64,000 nt of DNA from a bacterium (GTDB taxonomy: Bacteria; Patescibacteriota; Minisyncoccia; Phycocordibacterales; CAIZIN01), in NCBI GenBank assembly GCA_037131675.1, contig JBAXQO010000001.1, positions 25,795 to 89,794 of the forward strand, written 5' to 3'. Shown here piece by piece: positions 18,465 through 28,280 of this stretch. Below the pieces are notes generated by a model, which searched no databases, had not been told where the DNA came from, and saw only the letters and a program-made list of their open reading frames with translations. A program made the position numbers and the translations under genes. Each line of letters starts with the position of its first letter. The stretch's first letter is position 1.

Positions 18465-18863
18465 TGACCACTGTGGAGCTTTTCGAGCTTTCTTGAGACC
18501 GAACTTACGTCGTTCTTTTGCTCTAGGATCTCGCATAAGGAAGCCAAGATCTTTAAGAGACTTTCGTAGTTCTTTATCGAAGATCAAAAGGGCTCGTGAT
18601 ACACCAAGGCGAACTGCTTCTGCCTGTGAGTGCATACCACCACCCATAACTTTTACTGTAATTGAGAATTTTGCAGGAACTTCAACTTTTGACAAAGCTT
18701 CGAGTGCAACATGCTGCTGCTCTTCAGTTTTGAAAAAATCACCTAAATCTTTCTCATTCACAACCATAGAAGTTTTTGGAGCTTCTGTCATGCGAACTCG
18801 AGCGACTGAAGTTTTTCGTCGTCCTACCGCCTCAATGTATTTTGCTGTTGTTGTTTTCGCCAT
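18456..18863 (-). CDS. rpsI: 30S ribosomal protein S9
   Basis: GRRKTSVARV; ERRKFGLKKARKAPQWSKR. Confidence 0.98.
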   Translation of the reverse strand: MAKTTTAKYIEAVGRRKTSVARVRMTEAPKTSMVVNEKDLGDFFKTEEQQHVALEALSKVEVPAKFSITVKVMGGGMHSQAEAVRLGVSRALLIFDKELRKSLKDLGFLMRDPRAKERRKFGLKKARKAPQWSKR

Positions 18864-18866
18864 AGA

Positions 18867-19214
18867 TTATTCAGTTACTTTAAGATTCTTCATTCGTTCC
18901 TTGCGGAGTCGGTTACCTGGAAGCATTCCATATACAGCAAGGTTGAATAGTTCAGAAAAACCCTTCTTGCTTGCTACCAAAGCGGCTGAAAGCTGTTTCA
19001 AACCACCTGGGTATCCAGAATATCGCTCATGAAGAGTATCTCGAAGTTTCTTTTCAGTAAACTTTGCTTTTGAGGCGTTTATAATTTCTACTTCTACAGA
19101 AAAAGTCTTGTTTCGAGCGTATTCTGTTGTAGACTCCTTTCCTAGAAGGATTTTAGCAGCCTGACTTGCTACACGGCCGAGAGCTTTTCCTGTTGCGTCA
19201 ATTGTGTATTTCAT
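18867..19214 (-). CDS. rplM: 50S ribosomal protein L13 (short form)
   Basis: IDATGKALGRVAS, YSGYPGGLK, AVYGMLPGNRL. Confidence 0.95.
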   Translation of the reverse strand: MKYTIDATGKALGRVASQAAKILLGKESTTEYARNKTFSVEVEIINASKAKFTEKKLRDTLHERYSGYPGGLKQLSAALVASKKGFSELFNLAVYGMLPGNRLRKERMKNLKVTE

Positions 19215-19221
19215 AATATTT

Positions 19222-19572
19222 TTATACAAATTCAATGTAAGCCATTGGGCTTGCATCTTTTAGTCGTCGACCGAGTTTAATGATGCGAGTGTAACCACCT
19301 TTAACATCGAGATATTTTGGAGCAATAACATCAACAATATGCTTTGCCACTGTTTCTGATCCAACCTTATCAATAATGTTTCTTCGTGAAGCAAGAGTAT
19401 TCTTCTTGCCTGATGTTACAATTTTTTCAACATAAGGACGAAGCTCTTTAGCTTTTGCCTCAGTTGTTTTGATTTTACCTTTTTCAACAAGCGCAACTGC
19501 AAGTGACCGCATTAAAGCAGTACGTACTTTTGTTACCCTTCCGAATTTTCTGTTTGCGTTGTGATGCCTCAT
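19222..19572 (-). CDS. rplQ: 50S ribosomal protein L17
   Basis: MRHHNANRKFGR, IKTTEAKAKELR, GGYTRIIK. Confidence 0.98.
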   Translation of the reverse strand: MRHHNANRKFGRVTKVRTALMRSLAVALVEKGKIKTTEAKAKELRPYVEKIVTSGKKNTLASRRNIIDKVGSETVAKHIVDVIAPKYLDVKGGYTRIIKLGRRLKDASPMAYIEFV

Positions 19573-19581
19573 GTTTGTAAA

Positions 19582-20550
19582 TTATTTAAGCGTAATTCCG
19601 TGTTCACCCAAAACCTTCTTAATTTCTTGAACACCCTTGTTTCCAAGGCCTTCAATATCAAGAATATCTTCTTCCTTCTTGCGTACAAGTCCGCCCACCG
19701 TGCGGATGTTTGCGCTAACCAACGCATTTGTTGTTCGCTGGGATAGATTAAGTGATTCTATCCGTGTTTTAAGAAAGTCTTCGTATACTTCTTTTCGAAA
19801 CGCCTCTTTTTCTGCGTAATCATCCTTCTTTACTTCACCCAAAGACTCAATCTCTGGTTCTTCAAAACCAATGATCGCCTTAAGCTGATCAATCATAATA
19901 CTGATTGATTTCTCAAGTGCCTGCTTTGGCATAACCGTACCATCAGTTTCTATGAAAATTTTGATACGGTTGAAGTCTGTTCGGTCGCCCACGCGCATAT
20001 TTTCCACCTCGTAGTTTACTCGGCGAATAGGAGTGAAGTTTGCATCAAGTACAATAGCACCTATGTCTACACGTTCTTTTTGAATGAGTTCTTTTGAAAC
20101 ATACCCTAAACCTCGCTCAATTGTCATTTCTACATCAAGTTCTGCACTTTTGTCTGTCAAAGTAGCAATAATTTGTTCTGGATTTAAAATACGAATTTGA
20201 CCACCAGCTTCAATATCTGCTGCTGTCACATTTTTTATACCTGAAATCTTGATAGTTGCAACCTGAGGTTCATCCGTCAACATTTCAATTCGAACACGCT
20301 TCAAGTTAAGAAGAACAGTAATGATATCTTCTTTAACACCGTTTAATGTTGAAAATTCATGAGGTACACCAGCAATCTTTACCTTTGTGATTGCGGCACC
20401 TGGTAATGAAGAAAGAATAATGCGACGAAGAGAGTTACCTAGAGTATGGCCATATCCTGGGTAAAGACCGTCGATTTCATATACACCGACGAAACCTTCC
20501 TCACGTACGATCTTTGGCTTTGAAGGGAGAAGTACTTTGTGCTCAGACAT
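19582..20550 (-). CDS. rpoA: RNA polymerase subunit alpha
   Basis: GYGHTLGNSLRRIILSSLPG, VENMRVG, C-terminal domain. Confidence 0.98.
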   Translation of the reverse strand: MSEHKVLLPSKPKIVREEGFVGVYEIDGLYPGYGHTLGNSLRRIILSSLPGAAITKVKIAGVPHEFSTLNGVKEDIITVLLNLKRVRIEMLTDEPQVATIKISGIKNVTAADIEAGGQIRILNPEQIIATLTDKSAELDVEMTIERGLGYVSKELIQKERVDIGAIVLDANFTPIRRVNYEVENMRVGDRTDFNRIKIFIETDGTVMPKQALEKSISIMIDQLKAIIGFEEPEIESLGEVKKDDYAEKEAFRKEVYEDFLKTRIESLNLSQRTTNALVSANIRTVGGLVRKKEEDILDIEGLGNKGVQEIKKVLGEHGITLK

Positions 20551-20622
20551 AAAAATTGAGTTTTTTAAGTTAAGGTTAATGGATAAAAATTATAAATCAT
20601 TTCCGACTATTTTGCAATAGTC

Positions 20623-21231
20623 TTATCTTCGATAGTACTGCACAACTGCTGCAAGGTTTAAATGACTCTCTCCGGGAAGTGCCTTTGGTGCACCTTCGAC
20701 TGTAATTGACTTCTTATCTTTATCAAGCTTAAGCCATGCAGGAACTACTACCGTTTTAAGTTTTTCATCCAATGTTGCAAACACAGGCTTCTTTGAACTA
20801 GCCTCTCTGATAGTAACAACGTCACCTTTTCTCATCTGTCGTGAAGGAACCATAGTTTTCACACCGTTTACGATTATGTGTCCGTGTGCTGTAAGCTGTC
20901 GAGCGAGGGCTCGTGTGTGAGCAAAACCTCCTCGAAGTACTACGTTATCTAGACGAGATTCTAGAGTTTCGAAAAGTCTCTCTGAAGGTTTAAGTGTCTT
21001 TTCTGCAATAACACCCTTGACCATATTCTTGAACTGTCTTTCATTTAAACCATAAGTAACTCGAACACGCTGCTTGTCGAGCATAAGATTACCGTAGTCT
21101 GTTTTTGCTCGCTTACCCTCTGGGTTTGCTTTTCTCTTTGTAAGATGTACAGAAAATTTAGCAGTAGATGTTTTTTCAAAAACATGTGCTCCTAATCGTC
21201 GTGCTTTTTTGTATCGTGGTCCAATTTTCAT
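20623..21231 (-). CDS. rpsD: 30S ribosomal protein S4
   Basis: LESRLDNVVLR, ARQLTAHGHI. Confidence 0.97.
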   Translation of the reverse strand: MKIGPRYKKARRLGAHVFEKTSTAKFSVHLTKRKANPEGKRAKTDYGNLMLDKQRVRVTYGLNERQFKNMVKGVIAEKTLKPSERLFETLESRLDNVVLRGGFAHTRALARQLTAHGHIIVNGVKTMVPSRQMRKGDVVTIREASSKKPVFATLDEKLKTVVVPAWLKLDKDKKSITVEGAPKALPGESHLNLAAVVQYYRR

Positions 21232-21255
21232 AGTTCGTGATAGTGTAAAAAATGA

Positions 21256-21681
21256 TTATACTCGTCGTGGCTTTGGAGGTTTTGGTCCATTGTGAGGAAC
21301 CGGAGTCACATCTTTAATAGATGTAATTGTAAAACCTTTGGTAATAAAACTTCGAATTGAAGACTCGCGACCGGAGCCAACACCCTTAACTACTACTGCA
21401 ACCTCCTTAACTCCAAGTGTCTGAGCTTTATCCCCAAGCACTTCGCCAATTTTTGCAGCTGCAAAAGGAGTTCCTTTCTTTGCACCTTTAAAACCAAGAG
21501 AACCTGATGAAGACCAGGCATATATGTTACCTTTAGTATCTGCAAGAGATAGTTTTGTATTGTTGTAAGTGGACTCAACAAAAAGAACAGCTGACTCTAG
21601 TCGTTTTTTTGATGAAGCTGATGTTTTTGCAACACCTTCATTTGCGGAACCTTCTGTTTTTACGATTCGTTTCTTTCCCAT
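21256..21681 (-). CDS. rpsK: 30S ribosomal protein S11
   Basis: GFKGAKKGTPFAA, DVTPVPHNG. Confidence 0.98.
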   Translation of the reverse strand: MGKKRIVKTEGSANEGVAKTSASSKKRLESAVLFVESTYNNTKLSLADTKGNIYAWSSSGSLGFKGAKKGTPFAAAKIGEVLGDKAQTLGVKEVAVVVKGVGSGRESSIRSFITKGFTITSIKDVTPVPHNGPKPPKPRRV

Positions 21682-21691
21682 AGTTTATTTA

Positions 21692-22072
21692 TTATTTCTT
21701 TTCAACAGCCTTACGTCCTGAACCCATAGTCTTGCGAACATTTCCTCGAACTGTTCGAGAGTTTGTTTTTGTACGCTGGCCATTTACAGGAAGCTTTCGT
21801 GTGTGTCGAACACCTCGATATGCCTTAATATCTTTCAAACGTTTTACGTTACCTGAAACTTCTCGTTTCAAATCACCTTCAACTTTGATACTTTCTACAA
21901 CTTTTCGAATGGCGTTCTCTTCATCTGGAGTAAGATCTTTTGACTTCTTTCCAAAATCTATGCCAACTTCTTTCAAGATATGTTGGGCACGTGAACGACC
22001 AATACCAAAAATTGTTGTTAGTCCAATCTCGAGACGCTTTTCATCTGGAAGTGTAATACCTAGGATTCGCAT
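21692..22072 (-). CDS. rpsM: 30S ribosomal protein S13
   Basis: LTTIFGIG, YRGVRH, LPVNGQRTKTN. Confidence 0.98.
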   Translation of the reverse strand: MRILGITLPDEKRLEIGLTTIFGIGRSRAQHILKEVGIDFGKKSKDLTPDEENAIRKVVESIKVEGDLKREVSGNVKRLKDIKAYRGVRHTRKLPVNGQRTKTNSRTVRGNVRKTMGSGRKAVEKK

Positions 22073-22077
22073 AATAT

Positions 22078-22194
22078 TTAGCCTTGTCGCTGCTTAAAGC
22101 GAGGATTTTTTTTGTTAATAATATAAAGCACACCATGTCGTCTTACGACTTTGTCATTTGAATCTCGCTTTTTGATTGTTGATTTTACTTTCAT
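22078..22194 (-). CDS. rpmJ: 50S ribosomal protein L36 (zinc-free type)
   Basis: [38 protein letters not shown]. Confidence 0.95.
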   Translation of the reverse strand: MKVKSTIKKRDSNDKVVRRHGVLYIINKKNPRFKQRQG

Positions 22195-22213
22195 CAGTTG
22201 TAATCTTAGGTTC

Positions 22214-22423
22214 TTAAAAACGTTTATTGATTCTTGCCTTACCACCATATGGATCAAGTTCGAGTGATACCTTATCGCCCACAAGAACACGAATGCGATG
22301 CAACCGCATCTTGCCGGCAAGATATGCAAGAACTACTTCACCATTTTCGAGCTCTACTCGGAAAAATGTATTGGGCAATGCTTCCATAACCGTCCCAGTA
22401 ACACTATTTTTGTTGTTGTCCAT
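22214..22423 (-). CDS. infA: Translation initiation factor IF-1
   Basis: [26 protein letters not shown]. Confidence 0.97.
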   Translation of the reverse strand: MDNNKNSVTGTVMEALPNTFFRVELENGEVVLAYLAGKMRLHRIRVLVGDKVSLELDPYGGKARINKRF

Positions 22424-22500
22424 TACTTTCAAAACAGTGGGTACAATAGTAGCAAAAGTAAGGCTTTCCGTCAAGGCTTACTTTTCCCCACTGTATTTAA

Positions 22501-23853
22501 TTATTGATTAATACTAATTTTGTTAACATCTGAAGGAAAATGATTGCGCCAAAATGGCTTTATTTCGGCATTTCCCTTCTCTATTCCCACATAAGTAGCC
22601 AAGACCGTTGGAAAAGAATCTCGAGACATTCCAGCCAAATCACTCTTGAGTTTTTCCTGGTCATACATATATACAAAATGTGGTTTACCACTAACTTTTA
22701 CTGAAAACTGACTTATGTCACTAGAGAGCGTGGAGGTAGCAGAAGTTGGCGTAAAAGATAAGTCTTTTAAGTTTGTAATTTGTATATCCTCATTTGAATA
22801 TCCGTGAATCAGTTGTGCGGCAAGAAAAGATGAGAATTTTTGAGAATTTACTAACACACCAACAAAATCAGCTTTTTGTTTTACAACCACCATATCATCT
22901 TTTGTTTCCTGAGTGCTTGAAGCAAAGTTAATAGAATATAAATCTCCAAGCAAAACAAAAGTTTCTGGTTTTTGCTGGTTAACACTTGTGATTAATTGAT
23001 CTTTAAGACTATCCCTTAACTGCTTTTCTGCTTGAGCTGCTTCTTTAGGATCTGCAACTTTTATGGTTCCTAGCGCACCACCAGAAATTATTGTTTTGGA
23101 ACGAGCATAAACTGCTTGGAATTTTGGCGAACCCTTAAAACCAGGCAATGTGAAATCAGTGAGATCTGAGTTATATTCAGAACCAAACGTATCGGCCACA
23201 ACATTTACTTCAATACTTCCAGGGTTTACTGTACTCCCGCTCTTTTTACCGGCTGGTACAACTATAGTTGCAACCGTTCTGTAGACCTTACCAGAAGGAG
23301 ACTCTAATCTTGTTTGAGATAATAGTTTTTGAGAAGTTAAATTTTTATTATAAACAACAACTCTTCCAGTAGCTTTTTCTTGAACACTTTTTTCTCCTTG
23401 TGCAGGTATAGTCTGGCTAACTTCGCGCGCAAGATTTACTGTTTCAAAAGGCAAAGTTCCCTGAGCTGCATTTTTACTTAACTTAATTTCAGAGTCAATT
23501 TTAGACGTTACTTCTTTTGCATTAACCTCAACAACTGCTGAATTGAAAAAAGATGAAGCAAAAAAACCACCACCTATTATGAGTCCAATTAAAACTACCC
23601 ACATAGTTATCTTGACCCAGCTAAGAGGGCGACTTTCTTTATCAAGGTAATCAACATTAAAACCACCATCATCTTCTAGATTCAAAATTGTTTCACTACT
23701 TTCCACGAAAAATTCTTCAGGCTCTGGTTGTTTTATCTTTTTTTTACGACTTTTTGTTTCAGTAGCAAGTTCCTCATGTCCCAAAGGAATATCGCGAATA
23801 GATCGTCGATGTGCTGGCTTAATATCCTGCATAGAAGTTTTTTTGTTCATCAT
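22501..23853 (-). CDS. Single-pass membrane protein with baseplate-J-like beta domain (CPR-type hypothetical)
   Basis: One TM helix, then KATGRVVVYN...PGSIEVNVVAD..GSEYN; family assignment is from recall only. Confidence 0.5.
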   Translation of the reverse strand: MMNKKTSMQDIKPAHRRSIRDIPLGHEELATETKSRKKKIKQPEPEEFFVESSETILNLEDDGGFNVDYLDKESRPLSWVKITMWVVLIGLIIGGGFFASSFFNSAVVEVNAKEVTSKIDSEIKLSKNAAQGTLPFETVNLAREVSQTIPAQGEKSVQEKATGRVVVYNKNLTSQKLLSQTRLESPSGKVYRTVATIVVPAGKKSGSTVNPGSIEVNVVADTFGSEYNSDLTDFTLPGFKGSPKFQAVYARSKTIISGGALGTIKVADPKEAAQAEKQLRDSLKDQLITSVNQQKPETFVLLGDLYSINFASSTQETKDDMVVVKQKADFVGVLVNSQKFSSFLAAQLIHGYSNEDIQITNLKDLSFTPTSATSTLSSDISQFSVKVSGKPHFVYMYDQEKLKSDLAGMSRDSFPTVLATYVGIEKGNAEIKPFWRNHFPSDVNKISINQ

Positions 23854-23870
23854 GATATATATTTGTATTT

Positions 23871-25088
23871 TTATTCTACTACATAGCCACTTGTCACGAT
23901 ATTATCTTTAACAGGTGAAAGCATGCAGAGGTAAAGAGCTTCTAACCCAAGAAAGAAATCTTTTTTTGCTGGGTTAGAAAAATCAACATGTGATTCAAAC
24001 ATCTCATTCTTTATTGGGATAATCTGAAATTTGTATTCTGACATGGTCTGACTATATGATTTATTTTTTTCAAACAAAGTTTCAAAGAAAGGAATCATAT
24101 TTTCGTCTGTGATGAAATATATCACAGGAGGCATAGCAACATTTTTCACAAGCCCACCAAAAGACCTTTCTAACTGGGTAAACCAATCCTTTCGAATGGA
24201 ATCTACGGAGCTATCTATCAGAGTGTTTTGCTCCTCGTGTGTTTCATTCTTTAAATACATAGACAGCGCTGACTGAGCTAAAGAGTAGTCTAGTTTACAA
24301 TCACTCTCAATTCTACTTATGATACTGCGTGTACCTATTGGAAAAGACATTGTATCGAAAAGTGCATTGTTGTCTATGAGCGAGATATCTGTAACCTCAT
24401 CTGATATATCAAACACAAAAAAACTATCATTAGAGTGGAATAAGTTTCGCAAAATAGCACCCGACGCGAGTACGAAAGTATGATGTTCTATTTTTAAGCC
24501 AGCAAATACATGATTTATTGATTCTTCAATTGTTTCAATACTTTTTTTAGAAAGTGCACTCACAAAAATGGAAACTTCTGCCGTTGTGGATTTTTTACCG
24601 AAAGGATTATGAGTTTGGTAACCATTGAGTTTAACCTGCGTCACTCTACGTTCAATTATTTTTACATCTTCCAAAGAAGTATGATTTGAAGCATCTTTTG
24701 AAGACATAAAATTATTTTCTCCTTCAGTAACTAATTTTTCAAAAACCTCCTCAGAAAAAACAGAAGGTGAAGAATGTGATAACTTCAATACTTGCACTTG
24801 AGAAATAAACCACGGAGAAGAGTAAAAACAAGACACATGCGATGGTTTGATCCCTTGAGAAATAGCGTGCTGCAAGGCTAGCACAAGAGCTTCTTTTAAT
24901 TCATTTGATACAACAGATATTTCCGAAGTTGCATTTAGCCTTGGGGTTGTGAAATATATTCTTTCACAAAATAAAATTTTAGGAGGTGTACACGTAGTGT
25001 CTACCAATGAAATACCAACACTGCCACTCCCGACATCACAGACGAGTTCAATATTTTTTGTACATCTATTAGAAGAAAAAAGACCCAT
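23871..25088 (-). CDS. FtsA/PilM-like actin-fold protein
   Basis: CDVGSGSV and FDISDEVTDI phosphate-loop-like motifs; SFPIG. Confidence 0.55.
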   Translation of the reverse strand: MGLFSSNRCTKNIELVCDVGSGSVGISLVDTTCTPPKILFCERIYFTTPRLNATSEISVVSNELKEALVLALQHAISQGIKPSHVSCFYSSPWFISQVQVLKLSHSSPSVFSEEVFEKLVTEGENNFMSSKDASNHTSLEDVKIIERRVTQVKLNGYQTHNPFGKKSTTAEVSIFVSALSKKSIETIEESINHVFAGLKIEHHTFVLASGAILRNLFHSNDSFFVFDISDEVTDISLIDNNALFDTMSFPIGTRSIISRIESDCKLDYSLAQSALSMYLKNETHEEQNTLIDSSVDSIRKDWFTQLERSFGGLVKNVAMPPVIYFITDENMIPFFETLFEKNKSYSQTMSEYKFQIIPIKNEMFESHVDFSNPAKKDFFLGLEALYLCMLSPVKDNIVTSGYVVE

Positions 25089-25143
25089 TACGAATAAGTA
25101 TACTACATGTGTTAAATACTGAGTAGTAATATGGTGTGGAAAA

Positions 25144-26925
25144 TTACTCCAACACCGCTTTTATACGTCTGACACCTTGAGCAACAGCCTCTTCTTTAGC
25201 AATTTTGAAATGCCCAAGTTCTGAAGTATTCTTCACGTGAGGACCACCACAAAATTCTTTTGAATATGCATCCTCGATTGATTCTCCAATATAGTACACA
25301 GAAACTACATCTCCGTATTTATCCCCAAAGAAATGCAATGCCCCTGTCTTTAGAGCTTCTTCTTTTGGAAGTTCAATACGGGTTACAGGTAATGCTGCAT
25401 TGATTTTTTCATTCACAATGTCTTCAACTTTTTTCTTTTCTTCATCAGTCATTTTTTGAGTATGTGTAAAGTCGAAGCGTAGTCTTTCAGGTGTAATATT
25501 TGAACCTTTTTGAGACACGTGAACACCGAGTACTTCACGAAGTGCTTGGTGAAGCAAGTGTGTTGTTGTGTGGTATTTTATAGAAATTTCACTCGTGTCC
25601 CCCATTCCACCTTTAAATTTTTGTTCAGCACCGACTCGTGAAAGCTCTTGGTGTTTTTTGAATTCTTCCTGGTAGCCACAATCATCTACTTTGATTCCCT
25701 TTTCTTTTGCCAACTCTTGAGTAAGCTCTAACGGAAAACCAAAAGTTGAAAATAATATAAAAGCATCTTTTCCAGATATATTTCTATCTGAAAGTTTCTC
25801 AAATTGTTTCAATCCGTCTTTAAGGGTTTTTCTAAACTTCTCTTCTTCCTTATTTATTTCATCAATTATTATTTCAGATTTATCTGAAACGTTTTTATAT
25901 ATATCTTTATATGTCTCTATAGCTTGTTTTGAAATTTCCGAAAGAGAGTTTCCTTTAATACCTAAAATATCAGCATATCTTACGGCACGACGGATTATTC
26001 TACGAAGTACATATCCCTGGTCTCCATTTGAAGGAACAACCCCATCTGAAATTAACATGGTCGCTGTGCGAATATGGTCAGCAACAATCCTTTTGGCTCG
26101 TAAGTTTTCGTTTGTAGAAAGTTCCCCTATTTTTGAAAATATTTTTTGGAATATGTCTGTATCAAAAATATTATTCTTGCCCTGAAGCACCATAGTCACT
26201 CTTTCAAAACCAGAACCAGTGTCCACATTTTTCTGAGAAAGCTCGCTCACAACTTTTCCATCTTTCTTAAGATACTGCATGAAAACATCATTCCAAATTT
26301 CCACAACCTGTTGAGCGTCATCCGCAGCCACAAATTCTTCATGAGTTAAACCTTTTGTTAATTCTCCGTAGACATCGTAATACATTTCTGTATCCGGACC
26401 ACAAGGACCGTTTTCTCCAGGACTCCACCAATTTTTTGATGCCGGTAGAAAGAAAATTCGATTTCCTGTTACATTATTTTTTTCAAAGATTTCACGCCAG
26501 ATATTTGCAGACTCTTCGTCTTTTGGTGCGTTTTCATCACCCTCAAAACATGTAACGTAAAGTTTCTGGGGATCCAATCCAAAGCCATCTTCTTTAGACG
26601 TTAAAAGTTCATAACTCCAATTAATAGCTTCTTTTTTAAAATAATCTCCAAGGGACCAGTTTCCCACCATTTCAAAAAAAGTCGCATGAGTATTGTCCCC
26701 AATTTCATCAAGATCTCCTGTGCGGACACATTTTTGAATATTTGCCAAACGTGTGCCTAGGGGATGTTTTTCACCCAACAAGTACGGAACAAGAGGTTGC
26801 ATACCGGCAGTATTAAAAAGCACAGAAGGGTCATTTTCTGGGATAAGAGAAGCGGAAGGAACAATGGCGTGTCCACGCTTTTCAAAAAATGCTAAAAATC
26901 GCTTTCGTATTTCTGTTGAGTTCAT
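25144..26925 (-). CDS. alaS: Alanine--tRNA ligase (lacks C-Ala domain)
   Basis: FNTAGMQP, HATFFEMVGN, CGPDTE, HTTTHLLH, EFCGGPHV; ends at GVRRIKAVLE. Confidence 0.97.
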   Translation of the reverse strand: MNSTEIRKRFLAFFEKRGHAIVPSASLIPENDPSVLFNTAGMQPLVPYLLGEKHPLGTRLANIQKCVRTGDLDEIGDNTHATFFEMVGNWSLGDYFKKEAINWSYELLTSKEDGFGLDPQKLYVTCFEGDENAPKDEESANIWREIFEKNNVTGNRIFFLPASKNWWSPGENGPCGPDTEMYYDVYGELTKGLTHEEFVAADDAQQVVEIWNDVFMQYLKKDGKVVSELSQKNVDTGSGFERVTMVLQGKNNIFDTDIFQKIFSKIGELSTNENLRAKRIVADHIRTATMLISDGVVPSNGDQGYVLRRIIRRAVRYADILGIKGNSLSEISKQAIETYKDIYKNVSDKSEIIIDEINKEEEKFRKTLKDGLKQFEKLSDRNISGKDAFILFSTFGFPLELTQELAKEKGIKVDDCGYQEEFKKHQELSRVGAEQKFKGGMGDTSEISIKYHTTTHLLHQALREVLGVHVSQKGSNITPERLRFDFTHTQKMTDEEKKKVEDIVNEKINAALPVTRIELPKEEALKTGALHFFGDKYGDVVSVYYIGESIEDAYSKEFCGGPHVKNTSELGHFKIAKEEAVAQGVRRIKAVLE

Positions 26926-27010
26926 TAGATAGTAATTTATCATAAATTCTGCTTAAACAAAACCAAAAGAAAAAGGCGTGCGTCACTTGGGACGAACACC
27001 TTATTTTGAT

Positions 27011-27364
27011 TCAAGACCTTGCCTCAAGCTTTGCAATCAAGAAACAATTACACTTCCTTTTTCGACGAACGTTGCGACAGAATGTACGTGCGCGATTTCT
27101 GGAACCGTTATTTAGGAAGTGTTTTATAAGCTCGAGTGTATCAGGATCATGATGCACCTCTTCACCAGTAAACCACCTGTTTTCGTTTCCAAAGATGCAC
27201 AAAAGTATATCCCTGAGATACGACCCGTGTTTACGGCAAAGACTAGCTTGAATCACGCCTTCCTCACCACAACTTTCCAAAAGAAGGAAGAATTTTTCAC
27301 ACTTATCTGAGGCACGTGGTTCTCTTTCTTCCAAACGATTAAAGAAACTAGTTAAAGTATTCAT
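27011..27364 (-). CDS. Hypothetical Cys-rich basic protein
   Basis: 117-aa ORF between a promoter-like region and a hairpin at about 26972-27002; no recognisable motif. Confidence 0.4.
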   Translation of the reverse strand: MNTLTSFFNRLEEREPRASDKCEKFFLLLESCGEEGVIQASLCRKHGSYLRDILLCIFGNENRWFTGEEVHHDPDTLELIKHFLNNGSRNRARTFCRNVRRKRKCNCFLIAKLEARS

Positions 27365-27427
27365 ATGAGGGAGCTAACTAAACAAGAGTCTACACCCGCC
27401 TCTTTCTTTAGTCAAAATTGAAACAGT

Positions 27428-28270
27428 CTACATATCACAAATTTCATGCACTTCTTCAAGAATTTCATCAATACGATTCTGGGGAATTTCCATATCCTTC
27501 AAGATTATCGCTTTTTCTTTCAAAGCCTTACACGTTACAATTTCTTTTGCGAGCAAGACTTTTTTCTCAACATTAGTAAGAGTCGTTAGGCATGTAAGTG
27601 GATGCAAACTCATTTCTTCAATAAGGTCATGTAGATTACCTTTTGCTGGATAGTTCCAGCCAATCATATTCACCCCAGCACATGAACCAAACTTAATCGC
27701 ATTTTCAGTAAACTTAGTATTCGTAATCAAAAGACCTTGTGTCATCCCGCGAAGCTTACCTCCTATATTAAATGTTACATTTTTCAAATCATCAAAACGC
27801 GCCTTTATGTAGAGAGCAACTTTCACATCAGATTTCAACATTAGTTGATTGTGAAATTTTACCTCTGTCATTACAAGCTGTTCATCATTATAAGCAACAA
27901 CATCAATTTCATGTTCTATACAAGACCCATTCACCATCACATCATTCATAATAGAAAAACCTTTTGCCTTAAAAATTTCACCCACAAAATCTTCAAACGG
28001 AAATCCTGTAGGACCAAAATCCGCAATTGAACGGCGTAAAGAATACCTAATTGCAGGACGACTTTCTTTTTTACGAAGTAATTTAAAAGCTTGGGAATAA
28101 ATCTGATGAGTTGGCATCCCCTCCTTAAGTTCTTTTTCAATTTCTTTTGAAACATCATCTGCAACAAACATAGATGCACCCGCCTTTTCTAGTGAATCGA
28201 CTAATTTTGCACGATCAAAAGGCTCGCGTGTCCCAGATGATTTCTCGATATAAATTTCAGATGTTGTCAT
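27428..28270 (-). CDS. ATP-cone / Mrr-like PD-(D/E)xK endonuclease domain protein
   Basis: IEKSSGTREPFDRAKL ATP cone; GFPFEDFV, EIDVVA...EVKFHN. Confidence 0.8.
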   Translation of the reverse strand: MTTSEIYIEKSSGTREPFDRAKLVDSLEKAGASMFVADDVSKEIEKELKEGMPTHQIYSQAFKLLRKKESRPAIRYSLRRSIADFGPTGFPFEDFVGEIFKAKGFSIMNDVMVNGSCIEHEIDVVAYNDEQLVMTEVKFHNQLMLKSDVKVALYIKARFDDLKNVTFNIGGKLRGMTQGLLITNTKFTENAIKFGSCAGVNMIGWNYPAKGNLHDLIEEMSLHPLTCLTTLTNVEKKVLLAKEIVTCKALKEKAIILKDMEIPQNRIDEILEEVHEICDM

Positions 28271-28280
28271 ACAAGAAATA

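Noticed and set aside
25144-26925. AlaRS truncation as a pseudogene
   Set aside because: Catalytic and editing domains are intact with a clean stop; C-Ala-less AlaRS is a recognised compact form.
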